DNA of 57,443 nucleotides from a virus (Duplodnaviria; Caudoviricetes): IMG/VR virus record IMGVR_UViG_3300048693_000127, positions 1 to 57,443 of that record; one strand, 5' to 3'. Shown piece by piece: positions 55,361 to 57,443 of this stretch (position 1 is its first letter; each line of letters starts with the position of its first letter). The notes under the pieces were generated by a model. It saw only the letters and a program-made list of their open reading frames with translations, ran no database searches and was not told where the DNA came from. The position numbers and the translations under genes were made by a program.

Positions 55361-55399
55361 GAGAGGGAGGGTAGAGCAAAATCTCTACCCTCCTTTCTC
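55361..55399 (+). terminator. hairpin after the permease gene, probable terminator
   Basis: GAGAGGGAGGGTAGAG-CAAAAT-CTCTACCCTCCTTTCTC; weak U tract. Confidence 0.6.
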
Positions 55400-55416
55400 C
55401 ATAACTAGGAGATAAT

Positions 55417-55536
55417 ATGGAAGATCAATGGAATGTAGCAATAAGTATCTGGAAGAAAATAGTCTTAGAGTTTAAGAATGTTGATGTATGTAAGCCAAAT
55501 ATGCCAGGGTATAGTATTGACAAGAAGGGTATGTAA
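55417..55536 (+). CDS. small hypothetical protein (39 aa, not in ORF track)
   Basis: AGGAG SD; TAATG coupling to the next gene. Confidence 0.55.
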   Translation: MEDQWNVAISIWKKIVLEFKNVDVCKPNMPGYSIDKKGM

Positions 55537-55727
55537 TGAAGGGTCATGACGGTCTTTGTCCAACACCAAATCCACAAATGTTTGACCGTAAGCATTGTGC
55601 CTATTGTAATCTGATTGATAAAGTAAGAGATCATTACCGTGAAAAGGGTAAGGGAAGCAAAACATATGAAGAGGGGTACCATGATGGTTGGGCAGCAGCT
55701 ATTGACAAGCTTAAGGAACTTTCATGA
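55536..55727 (+). CDS. small HDxLCP-family Cys/His protein, paralog 3
   Basis: MKGHDGLCP...CAYCNLIDKVRD. Confidence 0.65.
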   Translation: MKGHDGLCPTPNPQMFDRKHCAYCNLIDKVRDHYREKGKGSKTYEEGYHDGWAAAIDKLKELS

Positions 55728-55918
55728 GGTTTAATATATTTCGTAATCCACTCATTGATGTACAAGTATCAATGTTAATGGATACTTTTGATGACGCTGT
55801 TAGAAAACAAACTGAAGATTACTGGAGAAATAAAATAGCAAGAGAAATTTTAGAATACTTTCCTAATCTTGATAATGTTCAAATGGTAACAGAAAAAATT
55901 AAAAATGGGCCTAAATAA
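55724..55918 (+). CDS. hypothetical protein
   Basis: AAGGA SD; ATGA overlap. Confidence 0.6.
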   Translation: MRFNIFRNPLIDVQVSMLMDTFDDAVRKQTEDYWRNKIAREILEYFPNLDNVQMVTEKIKNGPK

Positions 55919-56651
55919 AAATTTGGCATAGTTGATTAAATTTATCCATTGCCTCTTTATAATATTGATACTCTATTACATTTTTTCTTTCATATTCTAA
56001 TCTAGAAAACTTTGTTTCATATGGTTTTCCAACAATCTTAGTTTTATTATTATTAAAGTCTCCATTGCCAGCTTGTATTCCATACATGTTTTTTAATAAC
56101 TGAATTGTTTGTGGAAGGTACTCAGTAATTCCAACAATATCAAAATCCTCAGGTGTCTTAGTGTCATAATATATCGTGTACGTTGGATCATTAATTGACC
56201 ATTCTAAGTAATCCTCAACTGTCATATTATTTTGATATATATTTATTATTTTATTTTCATAATGTTTGCTATCTGTAATTATTCCTATTCTTTTTGCAAC
56301 AAATTGTAGCTTCCTGGGATCTTTTAAATCCCATTCTCCAAAATACTGTAATCCAACCTCTACTCTTTCTTTAGTAAAATAATATTCTGAACATGTTCTA
56401 TCATACGGATCTCTTAAAATAGTAAATAGTGGATCGTCACCATTTGTTATAGATTCAATTTTAGATACAGGTATATGAAAATCAGAAGGCCAATTTGTGC
56501 TTTTGATATTTTTATAATATTTAATGGGAAGTGTATTAATTGATAAATATGTTCCACCAGTTTTAGGTACATAAACAAATGCAAGAACATCGTTAATATT
56601 ATTTACACTATGAATAATCTTTGTATTTTTTTCGTACTCGGTTGAATTCAT
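55911..56651 (-). CDS. sulfotransferase family protein (Sulfotransfer_2-like)
   Basis: PAPS-binding motifs FVYVPKTGGT and FTILRDPYDRTCSEY, plus FDIVGITE. The start is set at 56651 from promoter spacing. Confidence 0.8.
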   Translation of the reverse strand: MNSTEYEKNTKIIHSVNNINDVLAFVYVPKTGGTYLSINTLPIKYYKNIKSTNWPSDFHIPVSKIESITNGDDPLFTILRDPYDRTCSEYYFTKERVEVGLQYFGEWDLKDPRKLQFVAKRIGIITDSKHYENKIINIYQNNMTVEDYLEWSINDPTYTIYYDTKTPEDFDIVGITEYLPQTIQLLKNMYGIQAGNGDFNNNKTKIVGKPYETKFSRLEYERKNVIEYQYYKEAMDKFNQLCQIFI

Positions 56652-56657
56652 TTTTGA

Positions 56658-56688
56658 ATTATACCAAACTGCCATTTCGTGGTATACT
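56658..56688. promoter_or_regulatory. back-to-back divergent extended -10 promoters
   Basis: Minus strand TGGTATAAT (56666-56658), 6 nt, ATG 56651. Plus strand TGGTATACT (56680-56688), 8 nt, ATG 56697. Confidence 0.65.
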
Positions 56689-56696
56689 TTTGGCAA

Positions 56697-57443
56697 ATGA
56701 TAAACGAAACTAACTTAAAAACTTTTTTACAAGACAGACTAGACTTCAATGAACCATTGTCTATAAATTTAATTTCTAATGGGGTTGCCTCTGATATATA
56801 TGAATTAGACTTTGATGATAAAAAAATGATATTAAAAACATCAACAGTTAATCATATAAAGGGAATGAAAAAATTAAGGTGGCAATACGATATACAGAAT
56901 CATTTATATTATAATTGTCCAACTATTCCAGTAGCAAAAGCTTTAGTATATGCACATGATGTAAACATATTAAGTGGACCATTTTTTATAATGGAATACA
57001 TAAAAGGAGAAAAAAGGTTTGATAGTGATTCAGTATTGAAATCATATAATCTTCTAACATCATTACATGAAATAGAACTAGATAACTTCTTACAAAAGAA
57101 AATAGTAAATAAATACTTACAAAATTTTTTAAATCAAGTAATAATTGATTTTAATTTTAGAAAAACTGAATCACAAAATATTGATAGAATAACGAACTGG
57201 TTATTGAATAACCTTCCAGAAAAACAAATTGATTCAATCGTACACAATGATTGGAGAATAGACAATCTTTCATTTGATGAAAATGGAGTAAATTGTGTTT
57301 ACGATTGGGAACTATCCAGGGTTGGAGATCCAAGATTGGATTTTGCAATAGCTATGGCCTACTTACCAACAAACGATTGGGCAAACGGAGCATTTGGCTA
57401 TACTTTTGATTTTGATAATAAATTAAAAGATAAACTAGTATAT
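56697..57443 (+). CDS. APH/choline kinase-like phosphotransferase, 3'-truncated (not in ORF track)
   Basis: Open to the window end; PFFIMEYIKG, IVHNDWRIDN, VYDWELSRVGDPRLD. Confidence 0.88.
   Translation, partial: MINETNLKTFLQDRLDFNEPLSINLISNGVASDIYELDFDDKKMILKTSTVNHIKGMKKLRWQYDIQNHLYYNCPTIPVAKALVYAHDVNILSGPFFIMEYIKGEKRFDSDSVLKSYNLLTSLHEIELDNFLQKKIVNKYLQNFLNQVIIDFNFRKTESQNIDRITNWLLNNLPEKQIDSIVHNDWRIDNLSFDENGVNCVYDWELSRVGDPRLDFAIAMAYLPTNDWANGAFGYTFDFDNKLKDKLVY

Noticed and set aside
1-57443. tRNA, rRNA, integrase or transposase genes
   Set aside because: None recognised; intergenic gaps are short and explained by promoters and terminators. tRNAscan/Infernal were not run.
1-57443. Stop-codon reassignment
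   Set aside because: Standard-code ORFs tile the window densely, and TAA, TAG and TGA all end genes at expected positions.

Overview
This is a 57.4-kb segment of a large, AT-rich tailed dsDNA phage with siphovirus-type morphogenesis genes. Its host is probably an actinobacterium, based on WhiB, many leaderless extended -10 promoters and an actinobacterial-style pstS upstream region. Almost all genes are on the + strand. The order is: truncated LamG-like virion gene, portal, prohead protease with nested scaffold, major capsid, head-tail genes, major tail protein, frameshifted tail chaperones, a 3181-aa tape measure protein, and tail tip genes. A replication/recombination block follows (DnaB, primase, SSB, DnaE, MazG-like, RecA, resolvases, Cas4-like nuclease), then the terminase and an accessory region (WhiB, second SSB, glycosyltransferases, PstS, cytosine deaminase plus permease, sulfotransferase, APH-like kinase). 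The most interesting signals are: (1) the tape measure protein carries a cassette of cargo domains, including an R-S-E ADP-ribosyltransferase-like domain, delimited by xxGG motifs and bracketed by a near-identical 39-aa repeat; (2) a Lys-Ser/Ala processing code and a shared C-terminal K-x-x-W-x3-4-F motif link the scaffold to a distant four-domain protein, suggesting a head-packaged polyprotein; (3) PHO-box-like 11-bp repeats precede the phage pstS. All assignments come from motif reading by eye; no database searches were run.
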